Numbered from the stretch's first letter, positions 9,543-20,203 are shown. The stretch is DNA of 64,000 nucleotides from Balanoglossus misakiensis (GCA_040954595.2 JBECUI020000030.1:186001-250000); one strand, 5' to 3'. Notes: generated by a model from the letters alone, not told the origin. Numbers and translations are program-made.

Positions 9543-9670
9543 TAAAAAAGCCCTACACATACTCACCAACAGAATTATGAAGTACTCCGTTGATATTGTT
9601 TAACATCTTTACATGCGTTGTATTTCATATTGAGTAGAAAAAAACTTTATTTCTTAATACAATAATTTGC

Positions 9671-10363
9671 ATGGAAAGAATTGTTGTACTTACCGGCGCA
9701 GGAATTTCGGCAGAATCGGGACTTAAAACATTTCGCGATGCAGGCGGTTTATGGGAAGGAAATCGAATTGAAGAAGTAGCAACACCCGAAGCCTTTGCAA
9801 ACAATCCGAATAAGGTACATCGTTTTTACAACGAACGACGCAAAGCAGTACTTTCAGCTGAACCGAACGCAGCACATATAGCACTTGCAGAACTGGAACA
9901 TGAAACCCCCACCTTTACTCTTATTACACAAAACATCGATGATCTGCATGAACGAGCTGGCAGCAAAAATATTTTGCACATTCACGGGAGCATATTAAAA
10001 GCCCTTTGCATCTTTTGCAGAACACAGATAGATGTCAAAGGAAATATATCAGTTGATACCGTTTGCCCTTCTTGTAAACGGACAAACTCTCTGCGTCCCG
10101 ATATCGTTTGGTTCGGTGAAATGCCGTATCATATGGATAGAATAGAAGACCTGCTTACCACCTGTACTCTTTTCTTATCCATCGGAACATCCGGAACCGT
10201 ATACCCATCAGCCGGCTTTGCAATGCAAGCAAGATCAGTTGATGCACGCTGTGTTATCCTGAATAAGGAAGAGATCGGCAATCACTTTAACGAAAGCGAG
10301 TATGGAAATGCAACCGAAATTGTTCCTGCTTGGGTAAAAAAATTCCTGGCGGAACAGCAATAA
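9671..10363 (+). CDS. cobB: NAD-dependent protein deacylase (sirtuin, class III)
   Basis: GAGISAESG, TQNIDDLHERAG, HG, CxxC...CxxC, RPDIVWFGE, GTSG motifs; FYNERR desuccinylase-type Y/R. Confidence 0.93.
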   Translation: MERIVVLTGAGISAESGLKTFRDAGGLWEGNRIEEVATPEAFANNPNKVHRFYNERRKAVLSAEPNAAHIALAELEHETPTFTLITQNIDDLHERAGSKNILHIHGSILKALCIFCRTQIDVKGNISVDTVCPSCKRTNSLRPDIVWFGEMPYHMDRIEDLLTTCTLFLSIGTSGTVYPSAGFAMQARSVDARCVILNKEEIGNHFNESEYGNATEIVPAWVKKFLAEQQ

Positions 10364-12027
10364 TGGTTACACATAAAGAAATTTTAGAAGCGTATCAGAA
10401 AATGATATGTTCAGTCTCGGGATGGCGGAAGGTTTTTGCAGCATCGGAAGAATCACGAAGTAGACATATCCGAACTGTCGATAAAATTCTATTGCAAATC
10501 GCTGCTCGGACCTTTAGTAATTTTCTTAAAGAACACTATATCGCGAGTCTTGTTCTCGGAATGGATCGAAGACCGAGTAGCAACAGCATAGCAAAAATTC
10601 TTCTTCCAGTCTTTCTTGAAGAAGAACTGCAAATTTACCTGCGTAATGTTTGCCCTATCCCCGAAATAATGGCATACACAACAGAAATCAAAGCAGGGGG
10701 ATTTTGTTATATCAGTGCAAGTCATAATCCCATTGGCCATAACGGACTCAAGTTTGGAAACAATTCCGGCATGATATTACCCCCACACGAAAGTAATCGC
10801 CTTATTGCCGCATTTGAAAAAAACTTACAAATACCGCAACAAAAAAAGAAAGCAGGTGGAACAGTCCTCCGCGGCAAAAAAATTATCACCAACTCACAGC
10901 AAGCATATCACAAACGTCTCATGCAGGCAGTATTTCTTAACAATGCATCAGTTGTAGAGCACGGACGAAGAGAACTAAAAAACAATCCTTTTTCGGTTCT
11001 TATTGATGCAAACGGGGGCGCACGAGGGCGAGGTATTGACCAGTCGTGGCTGAAAAAATTAGGCATTCAAACAAAGATCATCAACCCGAACAAGGTACAG
11101 CATGCAATCCTTCCTGAAGGGGACGCAATGATACCATGCATGCGAACGCTAGAAAAGCTATGGCGACACGATCCCACCTTCCAAATTGGATATGTTTCCG
11201 ACGGAGACGGTGATAGGGGAAATATTACATACATCGATCCACATACCGGGAAGGCATGCCAGCTAAGTGCACAGAATAGTTTTGCCTTATTCTGTCTTGC
11301 ACGACTTGCATGGATGGAGGTATACGCACCACAGGCAAAGAAGGCTATTGTTATCAATGCCCCCACCTCACAAAAAATTAGCGATATAGCAGAACAATTT
11401 AATGTAGAAGTTATACAAACCGAGACAGGAGAAGCGAATGTCAGTGCGGGCGTAATGCAGGCAATCGAGAAGGGCTTCCTTGTCGGTATTGCCGGAGAAG
11501 GATCCAATGGCGGAGCTATTTTTCCTCCCTCTATGGTACGCGATCCCCTGCCGGCTATAACCGGACTCATTCTTTTTCTGACACTTGATTGCTTTCGTCA
11601 ATGGCGTATTGCCGGACAAGAAATTACACCGATATTGGAAAGCATGCCGCAGTACCAATGCACCAGCATTGCCGACCCCCGTTCATGGGTGCACGTTAAG
11701 GCCGGAGACCTCTCTCTGCACACCCTTCCTGCTGAAGTAGAAAAGTTGATGCCAACCCTATCTCAATATGGCATCGTTGACTGGCAATATTATCGCCATG
11801 AAGGAACAAGGGTTACCCGTACCATGAAGAACTCCACAAAGGGCGGGACGGTTATCCGTTTTCTCGATAAACAAGCCACCGTGCAGGCACGGATATGGAT
11901 GAGAGCATCCGGAACTGAGGCAGTCATTCGTTTTATAGCAGATGTCCGTGGAAATGATACAACAAGTAGAGAGTTAGAAAGCTATTTACTGGACTGGCAA
12001 CGGAATTTCTTGGCCTCACTGGTCTAA
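10363..12027 (+). CDS. Phosphoglucomutase/phosphomannomutase family protein
   Basis: SASHNP catalytic Ser, DGDGDR metal loop, GEGSNGG, RASGTE; TAATG overlap with cobB. Confidence 0.88.
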   Translation: MVTHKEILEAYQKMICSVSGWRKVFAASEESRSRHIRTVDKILLQIAARTFSNFLKEHYIASLVLGMDRRPSSNSIAKILLPVFLEEELQIYLRNVCPIPEIMAYTTEIKAGGFCYISASHNPIGHNGLKFGNNSGMILPPHESNRLIAAFEKNLQIPQQKKKAGGTVLRGKKIITNSQQAYHKRLMQAVFLNNASVVEHGRRELKNNPFSVLIDANGGARGRGIDQSWLKKLGIQTKIINPNKVQHAILPEGDAMIPCMRTLEKLWRHDPTFQIGYVSDGDGDRGNITYIDPHTGKACQLSAQNSFALFCLARLAWMEVYAPQAKKAIVINAPTSQKISDIAEQFNVEVIQTETGEANVSAGVMQAIEKGFLVGIAGEGSNGGAIFPPSMVRDPLPAITGLILFLTLDCFRQWRIAGQEITPILESMPQYQCTSIADPRSWVHVKAGDLSLHTLPAEVEKLMPTLSQYGIVDWQYYRHEGTRVTRTMKNSTKGGTVIRFLDKQATVQARIWMRASGTEAVIRFIADVRGNDTTSRELESYLLDWQRNFLASLV

Positions 12028-12094
12028 GTATCACAGAAACAAGCACTACCAAGACTGGAAAACAGTTTTTTTTTGCAGTATTATTGCAAATAAG

Positions 12095-12580
12095 ATGAAA
12101 AAAGAAAATTCAAGAATACGGTTTCTCAGATCGGAAATGATTGTGCTATGTGCTGATGTTGGTTTTATCACTCAAGGGTTTTACCTGCTGCTGTTTTGTT
12201 CCATACCCTTGCTTGTGGATGGGTACTATTTATTCCTACTTGGAAAAGAGTTTGGAATATACTTTGTGCTTGCAGTTGAAGCCCTTACCGGATTTGTGGG
12301 GCTCTTCCTAGTACGAAATAATATCTTTACCATTACAGAAAGGTTATTTCACAATCTATCCGAAGGAAAACATGCGGAAAATGAGTTTGCAACCCTCTTT
12401 ATTCATATCATAGCCGGTGTCTTCATTATTATACCCGGCTTTGCAAGCGATGTGCTTGGATTGCTTCTACTGGCACCAGGAATAAAGACCTTGCTACATT
12501 ACCTCTTTATTAAAGTATATAAAAATGAACTCATTAAAGCATCCGAACATCTTGCCGGACTTGCACCAGTCCAAGCATGA
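12095..12580 (+). CDS. fxsA: FxsA family membrane protein
   Basis: Hydrophobic ~160 aa with IIPGFASDVLGLLLL motif; start uncertain. Confidence 0.75.
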   Translation: MKKENSRIRFLRSEMIVLCADVGFITQGFYLLLFCSIPLLVDGYYLFLLGKEFGIYFVLAVEALTGFVGLFLVRNNIFTITERLFHNLSEGKHAENEFATLFIHIIAGVFIIIPGFASDVLGLLLLAPGIKTLLHYLFIKVYKNELIKASEHLAGLAPVQA

Positions 12581-12584
12581 CAGC

Positions 12585-13940
12585 CTACATCTCAGTTTGA
12601 AAATATTCGAGCGCAGTATTTAGTATCGAATCGTATTCAAGATCAAAGAGTTGAATTTTATTTTCAGTGGCAAGATACATATCCTGTCGCAGTTTGTACC
12701 TGAGCACGTCTTCACTCAGTGACGGATAGCTCTGCGTTGTTTGTTCGATAAAGGATTCAACTGATGCAGGAGAAAATTCGCCCTGCTCAATAAAATCAGT
12801 TATGCTATTGTCGTTAACAAACTCCGTAAAAGCAGCGATCTCTTCATCGGTTAGAATTCTTCCAGTTACTTCAATATCCGGAGCAATACCAACCAAGTCT
12901 ATGTTGTTGCCCGACGGGGTATAGTAACGTGCCGTCGTCAGGCGAAAGGCAAATTTATTAATACTAATTATCTGCTGCACAGACCCCTTCCCATAGGTGC
13001 TACTCCCCATTAACACCGCACGGCCATGATCCTTAAACGCACCGGCAAATATTTCAGAAGCAGATGCCGAACCCTTGTTTATCAAGATTAAAATAGAAAG
13101 ATCATTTGGAACAAGTAGCATCCTACTCGTTGTATGTTCAAGTTTTTCTTGATCCCCCCTCCCCTGAATGGATACCACTACCTGATTCCGAAAAAACAGG
13201 TCAACCGCATGGATACACCCTTCAAGAGAACCTCCCCCATTATCACGGAGATCAATAATAAGTTTCTGCATTCCTCTGTCCATTAATTCTATTAATGCCT
13301 CACGGAGTTTAGCTCCAGTAAAAGAAGTAAATACAAAGATGCGGATATAGCCGACATCATCAGTAAGCATATCATAATCAAGAGTTGGAACCTGAATACT
13401 GGCACGAGTAAGGGTAACGTCAAAGGGATCGGTACCACGGCGTTTAATGTTTAACTGAACATTTGTACCAACTTCCCCACGCAAATTGCTTACCGCCTCG
13501 TAGAGCGGCATATCCTTAGTGCTCATGTCGTCAATCGCCAGTATGAGGTCGCCGGAACGCAACCCTTGACGAAACGCTGGTGTATCGACAATAGGAGAAA
13601 TAATTTCCAAATAGCTCTCTTGAGAATCATTTCGTTGTTTATCAACATACATACCAAGACCACCGAATGTCCCTACAACCATACCCTTCAGCCGTAAAAA
13701 TTCATTTTCCGATAGGAGCGCACTGTACGGATCATTCAAAGCAGAAATCATACCGTCAAGTGCACCTTGAATAAGTGCCTCTTTCTCTACCTCATCAACA
13801 TAGTTTTCGGTAATTGCTGTTAACAGTTCCTGGATTATTGCATGCCACTCGATATCACTTCGTATATTCTGTGCACTGAGAGGGGAGGTGGACCCCATAA
13901 TAAATACAAATACAATAGCAATAATTATGTTCTTACGCAT
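12585..13940 (-). CDS. ctpA: Carboxy-terminal processing protease (S41A, PDZ)
   Basis: Signal peptide, LNDPYS, FGGLG, DLRDNGGG, SASASEI, YGKGSVQ motifs. Confidence 0.93.
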   Translation of the reverse strand: MRKNIIIAIVFVFIMGSTSPLSAQNIRSDIEWHAIIQELLTAITENYVDEVEKEALIQGALDGMISALNDPYSALLSENEFLRLKGMVVGTFGGLGMYVDKQRNDSQESYLEIISPIVDTPAFRQGLRSGDLILAIDDMSTKDMPLYEAVSNLRGEVGTNVQLNIKRRGTDPFDVTLTRASIQVPTLDYDMLTDDVGYIRIFVFTSFTGAKLREALIELMDRGMQKLIIDLRDNGGGSLEGCIHAVDLFFRNQVVVSIQGRGDQEKLEHTTSRMLLVPNDLSILILINKGSASASEIFAGAFKDHGRAVLMGSSTYGKGSVQQIISINKFAFRLTTARYYTPSGNNIDLVGIAPDIEVTGRILTDEEIAAFTEFVNDNSITDFIEQGEFSPASVESFIEQTTQSYPSLSEDVLRYKLRQDMYLATENKIQLFDLEYDSILNTALEYFQTEM

Positions 13941-14075
13941 GTAGTACTTCAGTCCCACTCATTGAGTGTGGCATGTATATTTTATAGCATACAACATGAA
14001 AGAAATCAAGAAGACTATGAAAATAATACAAATTCAAATATACTACAGGAGTAATATTTATAGATAGGATCTGAT

Positions 14076-15113
14076 ATGTCATTTTTAGAATTTCCAACAT
14101 GGCTGAGCCCGTACATTATTCCAGGAATACCCTTTTTTCGATGGTACGGATTGATGTATGTAATCAACATTGTTGTTGTGTACATGGTTGTACTGCAACA
14201 AATTAAACAAAAAGAGCAGTTTCCAATTACTGAAAATGATCACTTCAATCTTCATATCAGTTTAGTTATTGGTGCTATTCTCGGAGCACGGCTGTTCTCG
14301 GTGTTAATTTATGATACAAGTGGTATTTACGTAAACCAGCCATGGCTCATTTTTTGGCCATTTGACCGAGCAGGAAATTTTGCAGGGCTGCAAGGCATGA
14401 GTTACCATGGTGGATTCGTTGGAGCCATGGTCGGTGGGGTCATCACTCTTATTGCCATGAAGAAGTTTCGCTATTATCTGGAATATGCTGATCTCTACTT
14501 TGCAATCTTTCCCCTCACTTACACATTCGGAAGGTTGGGAAACTTCATCAACGGCGAGTTATTTGGGCGTATTACAACTGCCCCCTTTGGCGTGCGCTTT
14601 CCTTTAGCAGAAGAGTTACCAATAACAAACAAGCATGTTGCCAATGCCGCTGAAACACTTGGGTTGGAACCAAACTCCGCTGGATTAGTGAATGTTCCCA
14701 GGCATGCATCACAATTATACGAAGCATTTTTTGAGGGTATTCTCTTATGGGCAGTCCTGTGGTTTATTGTGCGGAAGAAAAAAAAGTTTCACGGTACCGT
14801 CGTCTGTGCTTATTTTATCGGATATGGCATCGTACGCTTCTTTATAGAATACTTTCGGCAGCCGGATACTGGTATCGGTTTTGTTATTAGGTTTGTACAG
14901 GAAGACAATCCGAACTGGCTCTTATTGACCCCATGGAATTTTACTACCGGTCAAGTTCTCTGCCTACTAATGATTATAGCAGGGCTCATCCTATTCTTCA
15001 TTCTTCGCACCAAACATAACAACCAGCCAAGTATTGAAACACTGAGCAAACCTCATACCATTAAGAGCAGGAAAATCCGGCAAAAAATTAAAAGGTCCAT
15101 CAACAAACGATAG
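14076..15113 (+). CDS. lgt: Prolipoprotein diacylglyceryl transferase
   Basis: RWYGLMY, GMSYHGG, GRLGNFINGELFGR, RHASQLYE, RFFIEYFR. Confidence 0.96.
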   Translation: MSFLEFPTWLSPYIIPGIPFFRWYGLMYVINIVVVYMVVLQQIKQKEQFPITENDHFNLHISLVIGAILGARLFSVLIYDTSGIYVNQPWLIFWPFDRAGNFAGLQGMSYHGGFVGAMVGGVITLIAMKKFRYYLEYADLYFAIFPLTYTFGRLGNFINGELFGRITTAPFGVRFPLAEELPITNKHVANAAETLGLEPNSAGLVNVPRHASQLYEAFFEGILLWAVLWFIVRKKKKFHGTVVCAYFIGYGIVRFFIEYFRQPDTGIGFVIRFVQEDNPNWLLLTPWNFTTGQVLCLLMIIAGLILFFILRTKHNNQPSIETLSKPHTIKSRKIRQKIKRSINKR

Positions 15114-15121
15114 GCTACGGG

Positions 15122-16519
15122 CTATACAGAGTAAATTCTGCTTTGTTTATTCTGTCGCTTGCGCGAAGCGAATATCTCGTTGGTATAGTGTTCCAATATA
15201 TAGCTTAATCGTTCGCGGAGAACATGCAAGCCAAATTCTTTCTTCCCTAACTCAAAGTTATAATCAACAATCTCTTTTCTTGTTTTAGGATCAGTCAGAA
15301 TTTTATACACATCAGATAATACACTTGGGGGAATAATTAACTCTCCATGTTCATCATAGTCATCTCGTATCTCAATATTTTTAAACCCAACCGGCTGGAT
15401 ATCCGTTTTGTATACCAAGTACGCGTCGTTACAACTGGGACCCGGGGTCGCTATTGCTTCCAGTAATGCATTCCCAAACCCTTCCCATATTGGGAGATAC
15501 AAGACTAGATCTGCCTGAACAAGGACATCGCGGTTAGTGTACATACGTTTTCCTTGTACCGTACCCCGCATCGCAGATACACAATGGGAAATAAACACAA
15601 TCTCAACATTGCATTTTTCTGCAGTTTTGCGTATAAAACTGATATATTGATTGTCTGGTTCATCGCCCTGATACAATGAAATAACAAATTTAAGACGGTT
15701 CTGAAACTCCGGATAAGTTTGTTGCAACTTCCCGACAAAACGAATGGAATCCTCAATCCGCTTACGGGCAACAATTCTGGTAGGTTGTAGTATAAAAATA
15801 TCATCCGGTTTTAAACCAATATCAACACGTAATTGGTTATTATAATCATCTTTTGTTACAGTGTTCTCAAAATCTTCACAGTTAAAAATAACAAAAGGAC
15901 GAATCCTCTGTATCACACTTAAAACATGTTGCGAATACGTGGAAATAACAATATGTTCCAGACTCGGATCATTTGGAGGCATTACCTCCTGAAGGAAATC
16001 ATCAATCCTGCTATGGCTGAATCTGCTCCGCTCCCACCAGAAGTCGTGATGATGAAATATCGTTGCTATCCGCTTTTGCACAGAAAGCTGATATAGAACT
16101 GCCCCGCTGACAATGGACATTGGCATGGCATTGGTATTCTCTCCAATCAGTAGATCAATCTTTTCGTTTTGTAAACGTTGATAGATTATATTACTTACTC
16201 GAGTAGCAACACTCTGTACCTCCTCTATTGTGTTATGCACGACTTCTTCTGAAACATAATCATTCCCTAAGGGATTAATATGAGGAAAAAAAGCTATATC
16301 ACTTCGCTTTTGTAATTCGGAGTCAAATCGAAGTTCCTCAATGACAAACTGCCGATCGTCTTGAACATTGTGCAAGGCATTGGTATAACAGCCTGCAAAC
16401 GTATATACCTGATGTCCTAATGCATTCAAAGCATCGATCCACTTAGAAGTTTCCAAGGACACTCCGTCTACATCGCCAAGCTTGCCACAAACAATTCCCA
16501 CTGAGAAGCTATTTTCCAT
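15122..16519 (-). CDS. GT4 glycosyltransferase (mannosylglucosylglycerate synthase-like)
   Basis: DGVSLETSKW, HHHDFWWER, LQPTRIVARKRIE, WEGFGNALLEA; a short internal segment appears frame-shifted (see findings). Confidence 0.82.
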   Translation of the reverse strand: MENSFSVGIVCGKLGDVDGVSLETSKWIDALNALGHQVYTFAGCYTNALHNVQDDRQFVIEELRFDSELQKRSDIAFFPHINPLGNDYVSEEVVHNTIEEVQSVATRVSNIIYQRLQNEKIDLLIGENTNAMPMSIVSGAVLYQLSVQKRIATIFHHHDFWWERSRFSHSRIDDFLQEVMPPNDPSLEHIVISTYSQHVLSVIQRIRPFVIFNCEDFENTVTKDDYNNQLRVDIGLKPDDIFILQPTRIVARKRIEDSIRFVGKLQQTYPEFQNRLKFVISLYQGDEPDNQYISFIRKTAEKCNVEIVFISHCVSAMRGTVQGKRMYTNRDVLVQADLVLYLPIWEGFGNALLEAIATPGPSCNDAYLVYKTDIQPVGFKNIEIRDDYDEHGELIIPPSVLSDVYKILTDPKTRKEIVDYNFELGKKEFGLHVLRERLSYILEHYTNEIFASRKRQNKQSRIYSV

Positions 16520-16569
16520 AAAAAAAATATATCATAGATTTAAAGAATACACAAGCATGCAAATTATTG

Positions 16570-16598
16570 TTGCAGTTAATATAATTTAATACTATACT
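16570..16598 (+). promoter_or_regulatory. Putative sigma70 promoter
   Basis: TTGCAG-17 bp-TATACT upstream of the 16662 gene. Confidence 0.55.
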
Positions 16599-16661
16599 GT
16601 TATAGGAGATAATATCTAAACTAGACCTTCATACAGGTGTGGGTTACTTTGTATATAAAAA

Positions 16662-17558
16662 ATGAAAAAAAATATAATTAAATTTACCGTAGTACTTATA
16701 GCTTCGTTTGCATTTGTTGCATGCATTAATACAGAGAGTTCGATAAGCAGAAATACTGAGCATTATGTCGTGGGAAATCCGGATGGCAATACAGTTGTTC
16801 TTGTTGAACAAGGAGGACCATTCATAACACTGCAAACAGACGAAGTAGAACCGATCTTTGGAATGATAGATAAAGAAAAAACACTCATTGTACTCATGCA
16901 TCAATATCAAACCCTCTATCCATCAGAATTTACATCACAAGAAGTTTCCTTTGCTCGTGCAAAAGAACTAAATACGGAAACGTTAAAATTGCTTGAGACT
17001 GAAATAAAAAAATTCCAGAACCTAGGAAAAAAGGTATATGTTATCGGCATATCCTTTGGAGCATTTGTGGTAACAGACCTGCTGCGGAGAGACCGTGCCC
17101 ATCCGGATGGATATGTTATAGTAGTAGGAAGACTGGATATGGATGATACCATATGGAAAAGTTTTTCAGAGGGTATAGGCATGACCTTTACCATTGACGA
17201 ACAGGGAAATACCATTCCTCATCTTGCTTCCCGTGTAGATCCACGCATTGAATTTGCAAATGATCAATTCACGAAAAATATACGTGTTGGTATGATGAGA
17301 TTGGCTGCTGCTTTCGGTCAACATCGATACACAGAAGAACTCGCAGGAAAAGACCTAAGTAATGTTATTTATGCATACGGCATATTCGATCTTGCCGTTG
17401 GCAGCCTTTCGGATAAAGAAGTTGATTTCCTTCGATCTGCGGGTGCTCAGATTAGACAACAAAGTGGAAGCTCTCCTGATGATGCTGGACATTCGGCGAC
17501 CATAGACGCTCATTCTCTCCCCGCTCTAGCAGATTTCGGAGTTGCCCTTACAAGATAA
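16662..17558 (+). CDS. Lipoprotein, alpha/beta-hydrolase fold
   Basis: Lipobox FAFVAC; QGGP oxyanion loop, GISFG nucleophile elbow, C-terminal GH. Confidence 0.75.
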   Translation: MKKNIIKFTVVLIASFAFVACINTESSISRNTEHYVVGNPDGNTVVLVEQGGPFITLQTDEVEPIFGMIDKEKTLIVLMHQYQTLYPSEFTSQEVSFARAKELNTETLKLLETEIKKFQNLGKKVYVIGISFGAFVVTDLLRRDRAHPDGYVIVVGRLDMDDTIWKSFSEGIGMTFTIDEQGNTIPHLASRVDPRIEFANDQFTKNIRVGMMRLAAAFGQHRYTEELAGKDLSNVIYAYGIFDLAVGSLSDKEVDFLRSAGAQIRQQSGSSPDDAGHSATIDAHSLPALADFGVALTR

Positions 17559-17567
17559 GTGTAAACT

Positions 17568-18734
17568 CTAACCCAACTTACGCTTCTCTTGTTGATCGAG
17601 TTGCTGTATAAAATCGGCAAGCGCCAGTCCTTCATTCAGGAATTTCTTAAATAATCCCTGTTGCGTTTCTGGGGCAAGACCGCCAACTGGTGGATCGGTG
17701 TCAAGACTGGTTGGAAAAGAATATCCCTCTGCACAAGCAGCTATGGCACATTCTATTTGATGTTCTGTTAAACTTCCTTTCTGCTTACATTGTGCTAAAA
17801 CAGGATAAAGAGCCTTACTCATTTTTAACCGATTGACCGACTCCATCGCTCTACCAAAGGCTGATGAAATCTGCAATAAATTAGCAACTCGAAAGATGTC
17901 CTTTGTCGTATTACTTCCGGCAGAGTGAAACAGCGCAGGATTGAAATAGACAATATCACCCTTTTCCAGTGGCAACTGAACGTAGTTATTCTCAAAGAAA
18001 TCCTTAAAATCCGAGCGACGGTATGCCAAATATCCTTCCTTGTACGACTGAGAAAAAGGAAGAAGTTTTGTCGGACCGCTCTCTAACGGCATATCATTAT
18101 GTGCTACAGCTCCTTGCAACGTTAGATGCGGCGAAAAAAGATGCACCTGTGCAGGATAACGACTTGCTTCTTGTACCGTTTGAAACCCTAAATGGTAATC
18201 TCTATGAGAATTCTGTGCTTCTCCGCCGGGTCGCACAACATTAACCTGTGAGGTTACCTGATAGTTTGGTCCTAACCACGATTCAGCGCCTGCAGCAAGC
18301 ATTTCGTTACTATAATAGTTTGCAAAGGCTTCGGGATCTTTTATACAAAACTTTTCTAATGCATTCCATACACGATCATTAGCACCAGCTTTTGCAAAAT
18401 GGTCGGCACCCGGGCCAGATGTCTCCCGTTCTTCTGCAATAATTTCATTAAATACAGTAGTGGCTTTATCAATAGGGGTGGTATCAGAATACGCATGTTT
18501 TAATACAAGAACACCAGATCCCTCTAATAGTATATTTCCCCATTCAAAAAGTAAGTACTTTCGTTTTTTCGAGTCAAGAAGTGTATCCCTGAGCTCGTGA
18601 CAGTTGTACAGAGGAATGTTTTTCTGCACTGAATCAGTAAACTCAAGCCCTTCTACCTTGCGGTCAATCGATGCCTTAAAGTGAGCTACCGAACAATGTT
18701 CTTCACTATACCAATATTGAGTAATATCTTTCAT
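17568..18734 (-). CDS. Phytanoyl-CoA dioxygenase (PhyH) family Fe/2OG dioxygenase
   Basis: HRD iron motif (HRDYHLGF), ESGPT, GDIVYFNPALFHSAGSN. Confidence 0.88.
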   Translation of the reverse strand: MKDITQYWYSEEHCSVAHFKASIDRKVEGLEFTDSVQKNIPLYNCHELRDTLLDSKKRKYLLFEWGNILLEGSGVLVLKHAYSDTTPIDKATTVFNEIIAEERETSGPGADHFAKAGANDRVWNALEKFCIKDPEAFANYYSNEMLAAGAESWLGPNYQVTSQVNVVRPGGEAQNSHRDYHLGFQTVQEASRYPAQVHLFSPHLTLQGAVAHNDMPLESGPTKLLPFSQSYKEGYLAYRRSDFKDFFENNYVQLPLEKGDIVYFNPALFHSAGSNTTKDIFRVANLLQISSAFGRAMESVNRLKMSKALYPVLAQCKQKGSLTEHQIECAIAACAEGYSFPTSLDTDPPVGGLAPETQQGLFKKFLNEGLALADFIQQLDQQEKRKLG

Positions 18735-18763
18735 ACCAACCTCCTGTGCTTATTGATAACCTA

Positions 18764-18793
18764 ATTATAAGTATATATACACTCTGTTGTCAA
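18764..18793 (-). promoter_or_regulatory. Sigma70 promoter of the PhyH gene
   Basis: TTGACA-18 bp-TATAAT on the minus strand; GGAGG RBS downstream. Confidence 0.7.
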
Positions 18794-18980
18794 CTGCTAG
18801 AAATAAAATTATCTATATTAGATTAACATTTAGGTTTTATTTCTTCTGCAAAATCAGCACATTCGTGCGCTAGACGCACCTAACTATGACTTGACCCTGC
18901 CACAATTTATTTTCCATGGGCATATCCGCCACCTAAATTCTGTATTAACGGACTTGACAGGGCCAAGTGTTTGTTTGTTT

Positions 18981-19601
18981 TTAATAGAATTTCTTAACTC
19001 TTGCCTTTCGACCACCTCTTCGACCAGACCAAGCATTATTATTCCAGTCATTATTCCAGCCACCCCGACCATACCTGCCACTATTCCACGGTGCTTGTGT
19101 ATACTGTTCCAGAAAAGCAGTTTCTCCGAACTGTGTAATAGTAGTCTGTACCTCATTTAAAATGGGAATTTGCCGATATCGAATTTGGCCATGTAAGCCA
19201 TTCATGAACCTAGCCATTATCGGATCATTCGAATTGAATTGTGATAACAAGGTCTGATAGGTATCTGCCGAAGCTTGCTCTGATTGCAAGGCAGTAGTCA
19301 GTCCAGCCTCCAAACTGTCAGGCGCTACTACAGTTTCCATTTGCAATGTAGGAAGGATTATCCCGTATCTCATAGCGAAGCGCCGTATTCGGAAGTTGTT
19401 CTCTTCCTTGACGTTTGCAAATCGGTATAAAACCGGTATGTTATACTTCGATGCCAAGCTCTGATAGAACAGATAACTATTGTATTCCTTTTCTTGTGCA
19501 ACCGTTAAAGCTTCCTTCGCTTCTGCAGACAAGACTTGTGCACTAAGCGACAATGGAAGCAATACAAACAAAATAATCATTATTGAAACTAATTTTTTCA
19601 T
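18981..19601 (-). CDS. Secreted ferritin-like (DUF2202-like) protein with C-terminal W/N/G/R-rich tail
   Basis: Signal peptide MKKLVS...LSLSA; four-helix pattern EKEYNSYLFYQSLASKYNIPV...SLEAGLTTALQSEQASADTYQ; tail GGWNNDWNNNAWSGRRGGRK. Confidence 0.7.
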   Translation of the reverse strand: MKKLVSIMIILFVLLPLSLSAQVLSAEAKEALTVAQEKEYNSYLFYQSLASKYNIPVLYRFANVKEENNFRIRRFAMRYGIILPTLQMETVVAPDSLEAGLTTALQSEQASADTYQTLLSQFNSNDPIMARFMNGLHGQIRYRQIPILNEVQTTITQFGETAFLEQYTQAPWNSGRYGRGGWNNDWNNNAWSGRRGGRKARVKKFY

Positions 19602-19689
19602 TTTTCCTCTCACTCTTTTTCACTATATAAACAACAACATTCAGGAGCCCGCAATATAAAACATGCAGGCTCCACCATGCTCTTCTGTC

Positions 19690-20121
19690 TTAGTGCCTTC
19701 GTCCACGTCGACCATATCCATCATTGTCCCAGCCACGTCGACCGTATCCATCATTATCCCAGCCACGTCGACCGTATCCATCATTATCCCAGCCGCCTTG
19801 ACCATACCAGCCATCATTGTCTCCCCAGCCGTCATTGTCTCCCCAGCCGTCATTGTCCCAGTAACGTCCAGGATACTGTCCTTGTTGGTATGGCACAGCT
19901 CCCTGATTTCCGTATTGCTGCTGATAAGCATCATTATCCCAGCCATAGCCTTGTCCATACGGTACTCCTTGTTGGGGTACTGTTCCTGGAACTGGGGCCG
20001 TATTGCTATAACCATAGGCACCATCTGGTGTCGGGGGAACTTCAGTTGCCGGGGAAGTTGTTTGTGCCCCAACAAAAAATGAAGCTAAAATCATTGTAAG
20101 TACAATAAATGTTCCTTTCAT
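19690..20121 (-). CDS. Secreted low-complexity protein with (G)WDNDG(YGRR) repeats
   Basis: GAGAGGTG RBS, signal peptide, Q/G/Y/P-rich middle, 30-bp x3 and 18-bp DNA repeats at ~19700-19860. Confidence 0.8.
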   Translation of the reverse strand: MKGTFIVLTMILASFFVGAQTTSPATEVPPTPDGAYGYSNTAPVPGTVPQQGVPYGQGYGWDNDAYQQQYGNQGAVPYQQGQYPGRYWDNDGWGDNDGWGDNDGWYGQGGWDNDGYGRRGWDNDGYGRRGWDNDGYGRRGRRH

Positions 20122-20203
20122 ACTATTTCACCTCTCTCAAAAAATTTCAAAAATTAACAACCTAACGATCACAAGGTTCGATACGCTTACAGAAAAACAT
20201 TTT

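Noticed and set aside
19641-20099. His-rich (HHYPSHVDRI) and Met-rich repeat ORFs in other frames
   Set aside because: By-products of the 30-bp repeats; only the 20121-19690 frame has an RBS, a signal peptide and the motif shared with its neighbours
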